From Actinomycetales bacterium (GTDB taxonomy: Bacteria; Actinomycetota; Actinomycetes; Mycobacteriales; SCTD01), in NCBI GenBank assembly GCA_036675425.1, contig JAKFFB010000327.1, forward strand, positions 1,250 to 65,249: DNA of 64,000 nucleotides, read 5' to 3'. Shown here in pieces: positions 16,029-23,939 of the stretch; within the stretch, counting starts at the first letter, position 1; every line of letters begins with the position of its first letter. Position numbers and translations under genes: made by a program. Below the pieces are notes generated by a model that saw only the letters and a program-made list of their open reading frames with translations, had not been told where the DNA came from and ran no database searches.

Positions 16029-18317
16029 TCAGCCCCCGCCGCCACCGCCCTTGCCGTTGTCCGGCTTGCAGCCGCCGTTGCCGTTCTTGCCCTTCGGCGT
16101 GCAGGTCGGCGAGGGCGTCGGGTCGGTCGTCGGCGTGGGGTCGGTGGTCGGCGTCGGGTCGGTCGTCGGTGAGGGGTCCGTCGTCGGTGACGGATTCGCG
16201 GTGGGGCTGGCCGACCCGGTCGGGTCCGGAGTGCCGGTCGGCTCGACGACGACCGCTGCGCCCACCGTGTAGCTGCAGGCCCCGGTCGCGACGTCGGCGT
16301 CGGGGATCAGCACGACCCCGTCCCGGCGCGTCGTCACGACCACACCGGTGATCACTGCGCCGTCGGCGAGCGGAGCTCCGGTGGCGCTGCGCGGGAACAG
16401 CGTCGTGACCGTGTCGGTCGCGTCCTCGAACGTCCCCGTCGTCGTGCCGAGCTGCCGCCGGCCGCCGGTCGCCGAGCCCATGTCGCCGTAGACGTGCGTC
16501 ACGCCGCTGCCGTCGGTGGCCCGCTCGGCCATGACGTAGTACTCCTTGCCCCCGATCAGGAAGTGCTGCTCGATGATCTGCCCGGCCGGACCCGACTCGA
16601 GATCGGTGAGCGTCACCTCGAGCCGCACGCCTTCGGGCTCGGTCGTGAGCCGGCCGCCGACGACGTCCAGCGCCGGCTCGCTCGGCAGCGGCGTGGTGGC
16701 GCCGAGCACGTTGCTGGCGTCGCCCTCCGGGTCGGTGTACGCGGCGTCGGCGCTGCACTCCTCGTCCGGTACGCCGATCGGCTCGCACGGACCGTCGAAC
16801 GAGCTGCCGGTCAGACCGGGCCCGCTGCACAGCCGGGTGTAGTGCACGTCGGCCGTGCCGGGGGAGCGGATGTCGCTGGCGTAGGCGAGGTGTGGCCGGC
16901 CCTGCGGGTCGAGCGCCATGTCGAAGAAGTCGAGCAGGGTGCGGGTCCCGGCCGGGCAGCTCAGTCCCTGGTCGCAGATCGCGCCGTTGTGGATCGGGCC
17001 GCTGGAGGCGTCGACGACGCTCCACGCGGGCGCGGCTGAGCTCGCCGCCGAGCTGGCGGCGTACGACACGTTCCAGATGTTGCGGCAGTCGTCGTTCACG
17101 CCCGTGGTCGGTCCGGGGGAGCCGTTGCAGGTGCTGCCCAGCACCGACGAGTACCACGCGACGGCGACCTGACCGGCGTCGCCGGCGACCAGCCACGGGA
17201 AGACGTTCGCGTGACCGGTGCCGGGGTCGACCGGCTGCGGTGCGGACCAGTCGCCCGGACCGACCGCACCCGGCTGGGAGTACGACAGGAAGACCCGGTT
17301 GCTGTCCGGTCCGGAGCCGGTGGTCGCCGCACGGTCGGCGTCACCGGTCCACGCGAGGTAGACCGTCCCTGCCTTGTCGATGGCGATCGCGGGGAAGCCC
17401 GCCGACAGGTCGAAGGCCTCGGGGGCCTCGTAGACCAGGTGGTTCTTCCACGAGATCGGCCCCGCAGGCAGACCCGGCTCGCAGGGCGCGAGCGCGCACG
17501 GGTCGCCCTCGGCGATGTAGACGGCGTGCCCCAGCGCGCCGGCGTTGCCCGGACCGGCCGCGATGAACGGGATGTAGAGCTTGTGCGTCACCGGGTTCAC
17601 GACGGTGGTCCCGAAGGAGTTGCCGCTCGGCGAGGTGTTGCGGAAGTAGACCGCGGTCCCGAGGCCCTGCGGTGTCGTGACCGGGTCGATCGCCGGCACG
17701 TTCTGCGCGTACTGGTAGCCGCCGTCGATCGAGACCGCGACCTGGATGTTGTTCGTGGCCAGGTCGTGCACGGTCAGGTAGTGGCGACCCAGGCCGCGGT
17801 CGGACGCCTGCCACTGCCGGTCGACGCCGAAGACCTGCTGGCTCGCCGGGTTCGCGACCGCGACGAACGTCTCGCCGCCGTCGCTGGTCCGGTTCGAGGT
17901 GAGGTTCGCCAGCGACAGGCTGGTGACCGAGGCGGTGTCGTACTCCCCGCCCGGGTTGTCGGTGATGGAGATGTCGCAGTCCCCGCCGCCGACGGAGAAC
18001 CGGTCGGTGTCGATCGTGCCGCGGTACTCGTAGGGCAGGCCGTTCTCGTTGAGACGGTCCGGGTGGACGTTCCAGAACGGGCAGCCGCCGGTGGGCACCC
18101 CGGCGGGGGCGCTGACGTAGACGTTGCCCTTGCTGTCGATCTCGATGGAGGGCTCGGATCCGCCTGTCGAGACGCCCGCGTCGTCGTAGAGCGGGATCGG
18201 CGGGGAGAAGGCCACGGCCGCGGCCGTGGCGCTGCCCGTGGTGTCGGCGGCGTAGACGAGAGGGGCTGCGGCGATCGCGGTGGCGAGCACGGGCAGCAGG
18301 GCGCGGCGCAGGCGCAT
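16029..18317 (-). CDS. Secreted BNR/Asp-box beta-propeller (sialidase-fold-like) protein with C-terminal Cys-bracketed module, PT linker and basic Cys tail
   Basis: Preferred start is ATG 18317, with GGAGAA upstream. Signal peptide MRLRRALLPVLATAIAAAPLVYA. Asp-box TSDGGETF and the related SIDGGYQY are present. The C-terminus carries the module (nt 16275-16757), the PTTD repeats and CTPKGKNGNGGCKPDNGKGGGGGG. Confidence 0.7.
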   Translation of the reverse strand: MRLRRALLPVLATAIAAAPLVYAADTTGSATAAAVAFSPPIPLYDDAGVSTGGSEPSIEIDSKGNVYVSAPAGVPTGGCPFWNVHPDRLNENGLPYEYRGTIDTDRFSVGGGDCDISITDNPGGEYDTASVTSLSLANLTSNRTSDGGETFVAVANPASQQVFGVDRQWQASDRGLGRHYLTVHDLATNNIQVAVSIDGGYQYAQNVPAIDPVTTPQGLGTAVYFRNTSPSGNSFGTTVVNPVTHKLYIPFIAAGPGNAGALGHAVYIAEGDPCALAPCEPGLPAGPISWKNHLVYEAPEAFDLSAGFPAIAIDKAGTVYLAWTGDADRAATTGSGPDSNRVFLSYSQPGAVGPGDWSAPQPVDPGTGHANVFPWLVAGDAGQVAVAWYSSVLGSTCNGSPGPTTGVNDDCRNIWNVSYAASSAASSAAPAWSVVDASSGPIHNGAICDQGLSCPAGTRTLLDFFDMALDPQGRPHLAYASDIRSPGTADVHYTRLCSGPGLTGSSFDGPCEPIGVPDEECSADAAYTDPEGDASNVLGATTPLPSEPALDVVGGRLTTEPEGVRLEVTLTDLESGPAGQIIEQHFLIGGKEYYVMAERATDGSGVTHVYGDMGSATGGRRQLGTTTGTFEDATDTVTTLFPRSATGAPLADGAVITGVVVTTRRDGVVLIPDADVATGACSYTVGAAVVVEPTGTPDPTGSASPTANPSPTTDPSPTTDPTPTTDPTPTTDPTPSPTCTPKGKNGNGGCKPDNGKGGGGGG

Positions 18318-18426
18318 GCTGGGGTTCTCCGGTCGGGAGGGTGGCTGGGTAAGCCGATCCTCACCTGTCCGACATGTCGCCGCCAGGGAGGTCAACCGGA
18401 CGAAACGGCACGTCCGGACAGGAACC

Positions 18427-18843
18427 TCAGGCCGGCAGCACCTGGCCGTCGGCGACCCTGACCGCGAACGGCGCCAGCGCCTTCTCCGCGGGTCCCCGCC
18501 GCACCTCGCCGGTCAGCTCGTAGACCGACCCGTGGCAGGGGCAGGCCAGCGCCCCTCCATCCGGAACGACCGTGCAGCCCTGGTGCGTGCAGATCGCGCT
18601 GAGCCCGACCACCTCGTCGGCGGTGGGCCGGACCAGCAGCACCTTCTTGCGGTCGGGGCCGGTTGCCGAGACGGCACCGCCGACCGGGATGTCGTCGAGC
18701 TGCGCCAGCGGCTCCGGTGGGCCGGAGCTCGTCGGGGCGGGTGCGGCGGTGTCCTCGCCCCCGCCGCCGCACGCGGCCAGTGCACCCGCGCCGCAGACGG
18801 CGACGGCTCCCTGCAGGACTGCTCGACGAGAAGGACACGGCAT
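18427..18843 (-). CDS. Tat-exported Rieske [2Fe-2S] lipoprotein
   Basis: Twin-arginine motif SRRAVLQG followed by the lipobox LAAC. Rieske boxes are CTHQGC and CPCHGS. Confidence 0.85.
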   Translation of the reverse strand: MPCPSRRAVLQGAVAVCGAGALAACGGGGEDTAAPAPTSSGPPEPLAQLDDIPVGGAVSATGPDRKKVLLVRPTADEVVGLSAICTHQGCTVVPDGGALACPCHGSVYELTGEVRRGPAEKALAPFAVRVADGQVLPA

Positions 18844-18918
18844 GCGGCGAGGCTACGGCGAGGCGGCCGGACGCGCGCGTCGGCAGGAGAGGGCGCGACG
18901 GCGGCGAAGTCCCCCGTC

Positions 18919-19350
18919 ATGACGCGTCTGCCGATCGCCCTCCTGCTCGTCGCCGGTCTCGCGGCGTCGGCCACCCCTGGTCTCGCCGCTCCGAAGCCGA
19001 AGCCGAAGCCGATCAGCCAGGAGGTGCCGTTCACCGACTCGACGCCGGACTACAGCGGCTGGGCCATCGGCGAGGACAGCCACTGCGCCGGCGTGCTGCC
19101 GCGCGAGGAGCCGTACGTCTTCACCGCACCGGCCGCCGGCACCCTGAAGGTGGCGATCAGCGGCTTCTCCGGCGAGTGGGCGCTCGACCTGCGTGACGCC
19201 AAGGGCCGGGTGCTCGCCGAGACCGACGTCCTGGGTGGGTTCGAGGCGCTCACGATCAAGCTCAAGCGCAAGACGCCGGTGAGCATCGCGCCGTGCAACC
19301 TCGCCGGCTCGCCCGAGGCGCTGATCTCGCTGGTGTTCACCTACGCCTGA
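18919..19350 (+). CDS. Small secreted protein, pre-peptidase C-terminal (PPC)-like beta-sandwich
   Basis: Signal peptide MTRLPIALLLVAGLAASATPGLAAP. The pattern YVFTAPAAGTLKVAISG...WALDLRDAKGRVLAE...LTIKLKRKTPVSI resembles PPC-type domains. Assigned by pattern only. Confidence 0.5.
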   Translation: MTRLPIALLLVAGLAASATPGLAAPKPKPKPISQEVPFTDSTPDYSGWAIGEDSHCAGVLPREEPYVFTAPAAGTLKVAISGFSGEWALDLRDAKGRVLAETDVLGGFEALTIKLKRKTPVSIAPCNLAGSPEALISLVFTYA

Positions 19351-19385
19351 GGCTGCCACGGTGATCATCAGAATCGTCGGGCCGG

Positions 19386-19404
19386 AGGGGTCGTACGGAC
19401 CCCT
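19386..19404. terminator. Hairpin between convergent genes
   Basis: AGGGGTC-gtacg-GACCCCT gives a 7-bp GC-rich stem. It lies in the 60-nt gap between the stops at 19350 (+) and 19411 (-). Confidence 0.45.
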
Positions 19405-19410
19405 GGTGCG

Positions 19411-21090
19411 TCAGCGCGGGAGCGGGAAGCGCGGCTCCGTGCGCTCGGCGATCAGAGCCGGGTCGACCGCGAACGGCGCGGTGTCGAGGTAGGCCTCGAG
19501 CCGCGAGCTGGTCGTGCCCGCCGTCGGCGTGCGGCCGGCGGCGCGCATCCACGGCAGCGTCACGGTGCCGCCGGCGACGGACACCGTCGAGTAGGTCGGC
19601 ACGTGGACGTACGCCTCGGCGTTCGCGCCCGAGACCAGCACCCCGACCCGGTGACCCTTCGCGAAGGTCCAGTCGGTCGGGAACAGCCGCAGCGCCTCGA
19701 CCCCGGAGGCGTCGGCCATCGCCGCGCCGCGGGTCACCATCGTCGCGGTCCCGTCGGGGGCCACGTCGTAGACGTTGACGGCGACGTTCGTGCGCGGCAC
19801 GGTCACGCCGAGGTCGACCGCCGCGGACGGCACGCCGGCCATCCTGGCCGCCTTGCGGAGCGGCGGGGAGAACGTCCACGCGCCCGCGCCGGTCTGCTCA
19901 GAGCCGACCGCACCGGACCCGCCGGGACCGGCCGCGCTGTCGTTGCTGCCGACGTTCGTGGCGTCGTCGTCGTACGACCCCGCCTTCAGCGGTGCCGCCA
20001 GCGTCCGCACATCGGCCGGGGGCCAGGCCTTCTCGGCCGTCCAGCGGCCGTCGCTGCCCTGCGCGGCGACGACCGGGTCGGTCACCTTGGGCTTGATCCC
20101 CTTGAGGTGCTGGTCGTAGAAGCGCATCACCTCGGCGAAGAAGCCCTCGCGACCCATGGCCGGCTCGTCGCCCGCGAGGTCGTTGCCGCGCACGTGGTCC
20201 CACCAGCCGATCCACATCCGCTTCGGCCCGGCCAGCGCGTTGAAGTAGTCCGCCGCGCCGCCGCCGACGTTGGTGTTGCTGTCGACGTAGCCGACGGTCA
20301 TGAACGTCGGGACCTTGCTGCCCTTGGCCTTGGCGACGAAGTCCCGCGAGGTCCAGAAGTCCGAGGTGGGGTCGTCCAGGTAGTGCTCGGCGAGCAGGGC
20401 CTGGCAGTCGGCGCTGCGGGACGCGCTGTTGAGGGTGTACTCGGGATCGCCGGCCAGCGAGAAGCCGCCCTCGGCCTGGGTGCCGTACGACACCGCCGGG
20501 TAGGCGACCGACTGGAGGAAGCGGACCCGGTCGTTGTACGAGCCGCGGTAGCGGTCCGGGACGACCTGCTGGGCGACGACAGCGGCCAGGCCCTTCGGGC
20601 GGAGCGCCGCGCCGACCATGCCGGTGTTGGCGTCGTAGCTCTTGCCGTACATCCCGACCTTGCCGGTCGACCACGGCTGCGACGCGGCCCACTCGACCGC
20701 CGTGACGACGTCGGTCTGCTCGCCGGGGCCGAGGATGTCCAGGCAGCCCGACGACCCGCCGCTGCCGCGCAGGCTGACCATCACGACGGAGTAGCCGCGG
20801 GCGAAGACGTCCGCGCCCTCGAAGAAGTCGTGGAAGCGGTTCGACGGTCCCGGCTCCTCGGTCGGCGACGTCATTCCGAGGTACGGGCTCACGACGAGGA
20901 TCACCGGCGTCCTGCCCTTGACGCCCTCGGGCCGCATCACGTCGACGTGCAGCCGCTCGCCGTCGGGGGTGTCGATGAACGTCTCGGTCCACGTGGAGCC
21001 GTTCGGCGCAGGCGCAGCAGAGCCGGCGGGGGCGAGCAGGCCCACGAGCATCAGCAGGGCGGCCAGCAGGGCGGTGCGGGTGCGGGTCAC
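19411..21090 (-). CDS. Secreted CocE/NonD (S15, X-Pro dipeptidyl-peptidase-like) alpha/beta hydrolase
   Basis: Signal-like TRTRTALLAALLMLVGLLAPAGSAAP. The alpha/beta fold region includes PVILVVSPYLG, SLRGSGGSSGC and MYGKSYDA (nucleophile region), followed by a C-terminal beta-sandwich. The start is set at GTG 21090. ATG 21171 would collide with the divergent cupin gene. Confidence 0.7.
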   Translation of the reverse strand: MTRTRTALLAALLMLVGLLAPAGSAAPAPNGSTWTETFIDTPDGERLHVDVMRPEGVKGRTPVILVVSPYLGMTSPTEEPGPSNRFHDFFEGADVFARGYSVVMVSLRGSGGSSGCLDILGPGEQTDVVTAVEWAASQPWSTGKVGMYGKSYDANTGMVGAALRPKGLAAVVAQQVVPDRYRGSYNDRVRFLQSVAYPAVSYGTQAEGGFSLAGDPEYTLNSASRSADCQALLAEHYLDDPTSDFWTSRDFVAKAKGSKVPTFMTVGYVDSNTNVGGGAADYFNALAGPKRMWIGWWDHVRGNDLAGDEPAMGREGFFAEVMRFYDQHLKGIKPKVTDPVVAAQGSDGRWTAEKAWPPADVRTLAAPLKAGSYDDDATNVGSNDSAAGPGGSGAVGSEQTGAGAWTFSPPLRKAARMAGVPSAAVDLGVTVPRTNVAVNVYDVAPDGTATMVTRGAAMADASGVEALRLFPTDWTFAKGHRVGVLVSGANAEAYVHVPTYSTVSVAGGTVTLPWMRAAGRTPTAGTTSSRLEAYLDTAPFAVDPALIAERTEPRFPLPR

Positions 21091-21169
21091 CCGATCGGAG
21101 TTCGCCGCGCGGCAGGCGGAATCCTGCCGCCGGGGAGTGATGCCGCTCCGCACGGGGAAGCGAGAACCC

Positions 21170-21562
21170 ATGGAGCACTTCGAGATCGCGACCGTTGCCG
21201 AGCAGAGCGCTGACTTCCGCCGGGTCCTGTTCACCGGCGAGCACACCCAGCTGGTGATCATGACGATCCCGCCGGGTGGGGAGATCGGCGAGGAGGTGCA
21301 CGACGAGAACGACCAGATCCTGTCGTTCGTGAGCGGCGTCGGCCGCGGCGTCGTGTCCGGCAAGGAGCGCAAGATCAAGGCCGGTGACGTCGTCGTCGTG
21401 CCCGCCGGGCTGAAGCACAACTTCATCAACGAGGGGCCGAACCCGCTCGTGCTCTACACCGTCTACGGCCCGCCGGACCACTCCGAGGGCGCCGTGCACA
21501 AGACGAAGGAGGAGGCCGACCGCCTCGAGGAGCAGGGCAAGGACGAGCCGCCGCAGGGCTAG
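21170..21562 (+). CDS. Cupin-domain protein
   Basis: 130 aa. The cupin motifs are PPGGEIGEEVHDENDQI and GDVVVVPAGLKHNFIN. Confidence 0.8.
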   Translation: MEHFEIATVAEQSADFRRVLFTGEHTQLVIMTIPPGGEIGEEVHDENDQILSFVSGVGRGVVSGKERKIKAGDVVVVPAGLKHNFINEGPNPLVLYTVYGPPDHSEGAVHKTKEEADRLEEQGKDEPPQG

Positions 21563-22194
21563 GTCGGGTCGACGACGCGGATCCAGACCTGGCGCAGCTG
21601 CTCGTACGACGCCTCGAGCACCTTCAGTCGCGGGTCCGGGCCGTCGAGCAGCCGGCCGGTGACCAGCGGCCGCAGCGGCGCGAGCCGTCGGTCGGCGAGC
21701 ACGTCGTCGGCGGCTGTCCGCTCGCCGCCGACGACCACCGCGTCCAGCGACCCGACCTCGGGCAGCAGCACCCGCACGGCCGTGTCCGCGGACGCCTGCA
21801 TCATGACCCGGACCTGTCCGTCGCGGCGGCGCGAGAAGCGCTGCTGCGACTGACCTCCCGCGGCGATCCGCCCGTGCACCTGCCGCGTCGTCACCTTGGA
21901 CGCGACCAGCTTCGGCCCGTCGAAGACGCCGCAGGCGCAGCCGCCGAGGCGTACGAGGAGCACGCCGACCCGCCGGTCCCGCAGCACGTGCTCGACCAGT
22001 CCGCCGGTGAGCGGCGGGAACGGCACCTCGACCTCGGCGACGGCGCCGTCCTCGGCGACCAGCCGCACGACCGAGTCGTCGAAGGTGCGCTCGACCGCGC
22101 CGTGCCGGGCCGCGAACCCGTCCAGCCAGCGCTGCAGCCGCTCGGGCGAGGTGGTCACCCAGCGACCGCCACCCGCGGCCGGTCGCGCCGTCAC
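21559..22194 (-). CDS. acVLRF1-family (Vms1/ANKZF1-like) putative peptidyl-tRNA hydrolase
   Basis: GTG 22194 overlaps the upstream ABC gene stop (GTGA). The N-terminus is RWVTTSPERLQRWLDGFAARHG. A Gln-containing loop HGRIAAGGQSQQRFSRRRDGQ matches the eRF1-like release-factor fold family described for Actinobacteria. Assigned from memory of the family signature. Confidence 0.65.
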   Translation of the reverse strand: MTARPAAGGGRWVTTSPERLQRWLDGFAARHGAVERTFDDSVVRLVAEDGAVAEVEVPFPPLTGGLVEHVLRDRRVGVLLVRLGGCACGVFDGPKLVASKVTTRQVHGRIAAGGQSQQRFSRRRDGQVRVMMQASADTAVRVLLPEVGSLDAVVVGGERTAADDVLADRRLAPLRPLVTGRLLDGPDPRLKVLEASYEQLRQVWIRVVDPT

Positions 22195-23939
22195 GGCGCG
22201 ACCGCGTCGGACTGCCAGGAGTGCCAGAGCGCGGCGTAGGAGCCGCCCAGCGCGAGCAGCTCCTCGTGGCTGCCGAGCTCGGTGACCCGGCCGTCCTCCA
22301 CGACGGCGACCCGGTCGGCGTCGGACGCGGTGTGCAGCCGGTGCGCGATCGCGACGACGGTGCGGCCGGTCACGACGGCCGCGAGCGACCGCTCGAGGTG
22401 TCGGGCCGCGCGCGGGTCGAGCAGCGAGGTGGCCTCGTCGAGCACGAGCGTGTGCGGGTCGGCCAGCACCAGCCGGGCCAGCGCCACCTGCTGCGCCTGC
22501 GCCGGGGACAGCGCGAGAGCGCCGGCCCCGACGGCTGTCTCGAGCCCGGACCGCAGCGCGCGCACCCACGTGTCGGCGTCGACGGCGGCGAGCGCCGACC
22601 ACAGCTCCTCGTCGGTCGCGGTCGGACGCGGCAGCCGCAGGTTGTCGGCGAGCGTCCCGACGAAGACGTGGTGCTCCTGCGTCACGAGGGACACCTCGCT
22701 CCGCAGCCGCTCGAGCGGCAGGTCGAGCATCGGCACGCCGCCCAGGGTGACCGATCCGGTGCGCGGGCCGTGCACCCCGGCGAGCAGTCGGCCCAGCGTC
22801 GACTTGCCGGCGCCGGACGGGCCGACCACCGCGAGCCGCTCGCCCGGCCGCACCGCGAGCTCCAGCCCGTGCAGCACGTCGTGCCCGGGCCGGTAGGCGA
22901 AGCGGACGTCGTCGGCGGTCAGGTCCTCGCCCGTCGGCTGCTGCCCGCTGACCGTCCGGTCGTCCGGGACGTCCGCCACCCCGATCAGCCGGGCCAGCGA
23001 CGAGGCGCCGATCTGCAGCTCGTCGAGCCAGCTCAGCACCCGGTCGAGCGGGTCGAGGAGCAGCTGCACGTAGAACGCGACGGCCGTCACCTCGGCCAGG
23101 GACGCCAGTCCGCGTGCGTGCAGCCAGCCGCCGAGCAGGACGACGCCGACCAGCGGCAGCGCGAACGACAGGTCGATGAACGGGAACCAGATCGTGCGCA
23201 GCCGCAGCGTGTAGCGCTCGGCGGCGGACGAGCGCGCCAGGTCGTCGTCGTGGCGGCGCTGCCGCGCCGCCTGCCGGCCGAGCGCCTCGGTGGTGCGGGC
23301 GCCCTCGGCGCTCTCGGCGATCCCGCCGGTCATGGTGGCCCAGGTGGACCGCTCGCGCAGGTAGCCGTCGGGAGCGCGGTGGAGGTACCACCGCGTCGAG
23401 AAGTGGATGATCGGCGCCGCGACCAGCATCGCGCTCGCCACCCGCCACGAGGCGACGAAGGCCGCCCCGATCGTGAGCACCGTCGTGATGCTCGCGACGA
23501 GCAGCTCGGGCACCGCCGAGCGCACCGTCTTGGCGAGCGTGTCGACGTCAGAGGTCGTACGGCTCAGCAGGTCCCCGGAGCCGGCCCGCTCCACGGTGCC
23601 GAGCGGCAGCGCGACGACCCGCTCGAGGAAGTCCTCGCGAAGGTCGGCGAAGACGCGCTCGGCGAGCACCAGCGAGATGCGCCGCGACCACCAGGTGAGG
23701 GCGGTCGCCGCGAGCACCGACAGCGCGAGCAGCAGCGCGATCCGGTCGACGTGCGCGGCCGTCGTCCCCTCCTCGACCGACTGCACCAGGTTGCCGAGCA
23801 GCGGCGGAACGGCGAGTCCGGCGAGCGCCGCGGCCGCGTAGAGGGCGAGGGAGAGCGCCAGCGCGCGCGGATGGCGGCGCATGAGCGACAGGGCGTACGC
23901 CCGGACCTTCCCGGCGTCCGCGACCGGCAGCTGCGTCAC
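22191..23939 (-). CDS. ABC exporter subunit (TMD-NBD) with a canonical Walker A and a degenerate signature motif
   Basis: Six-TM exporter domain. The NBD has GPSGAGKST, TLVLDEATS and AIAHRL, but the signature reads LSPAQAQQ instead of LSGGQ. Confidence 0.9.
   Translation of the reverse strand: MTQLPVADAGKVRAYALSLMRRHPRALALSLALYAAAALAGLAVPPLLGNLVQSVEEGTTAAHVDRIALLLALSVLAATALTWWSRRISLVLAERVFADLREDFLERVVALPLGTVERAGSGDLLSRTTSDVDTLAKTVRSAVPELLVASITTVLTIGAAFVASWRVASAMLVAAPIIHFSTRWYLHRAPDGYLRERSTWATMTGGIAESAEGARTTEALGRQAARQRRHDDDLARSSAAERYTLRLRTIWFPFIDLSFALPLVGVVLLGGWLHARGLASLAEVTAVAFYVQLLLDPLDRVLSWLDELQIGASSLARLIGVADVPDDRTVSGQQPTGEDLTADDVRFAYRPGHDVLHGLELAVRPGERLAVVGPSGAGKSTLGRLLAGVHGPRTGSVTLGGVPMLDLPLERLRSEVSLVTQEHHVFVGTLADNLRLPRPTATDEELWSALAAVDADTWVRALRSGLETAVGAGALALSPAQAQQVALARLVLADPHTLVLDEATSLLDPRAARHLERSLAAVVTGRTVVAIAHRLHTASDADRVAVVEDGRVTELGSHEELLALGGSYAALWHSWQSDAVAP

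Noticed and set aside
19411-21429. Full-length 672-aa ORF, or ATG 21171, as the start of the S15-type hydrolase.
   Set aside because: The upstream 110 codons are Ser/Thr/Pro/Cys-rich with no signal peptide and overlap the divergent cupin gene start (21170). GTG 21090 gives a normal signal peptide. The start remains somewhat uncertain because no clear SD precedes it.
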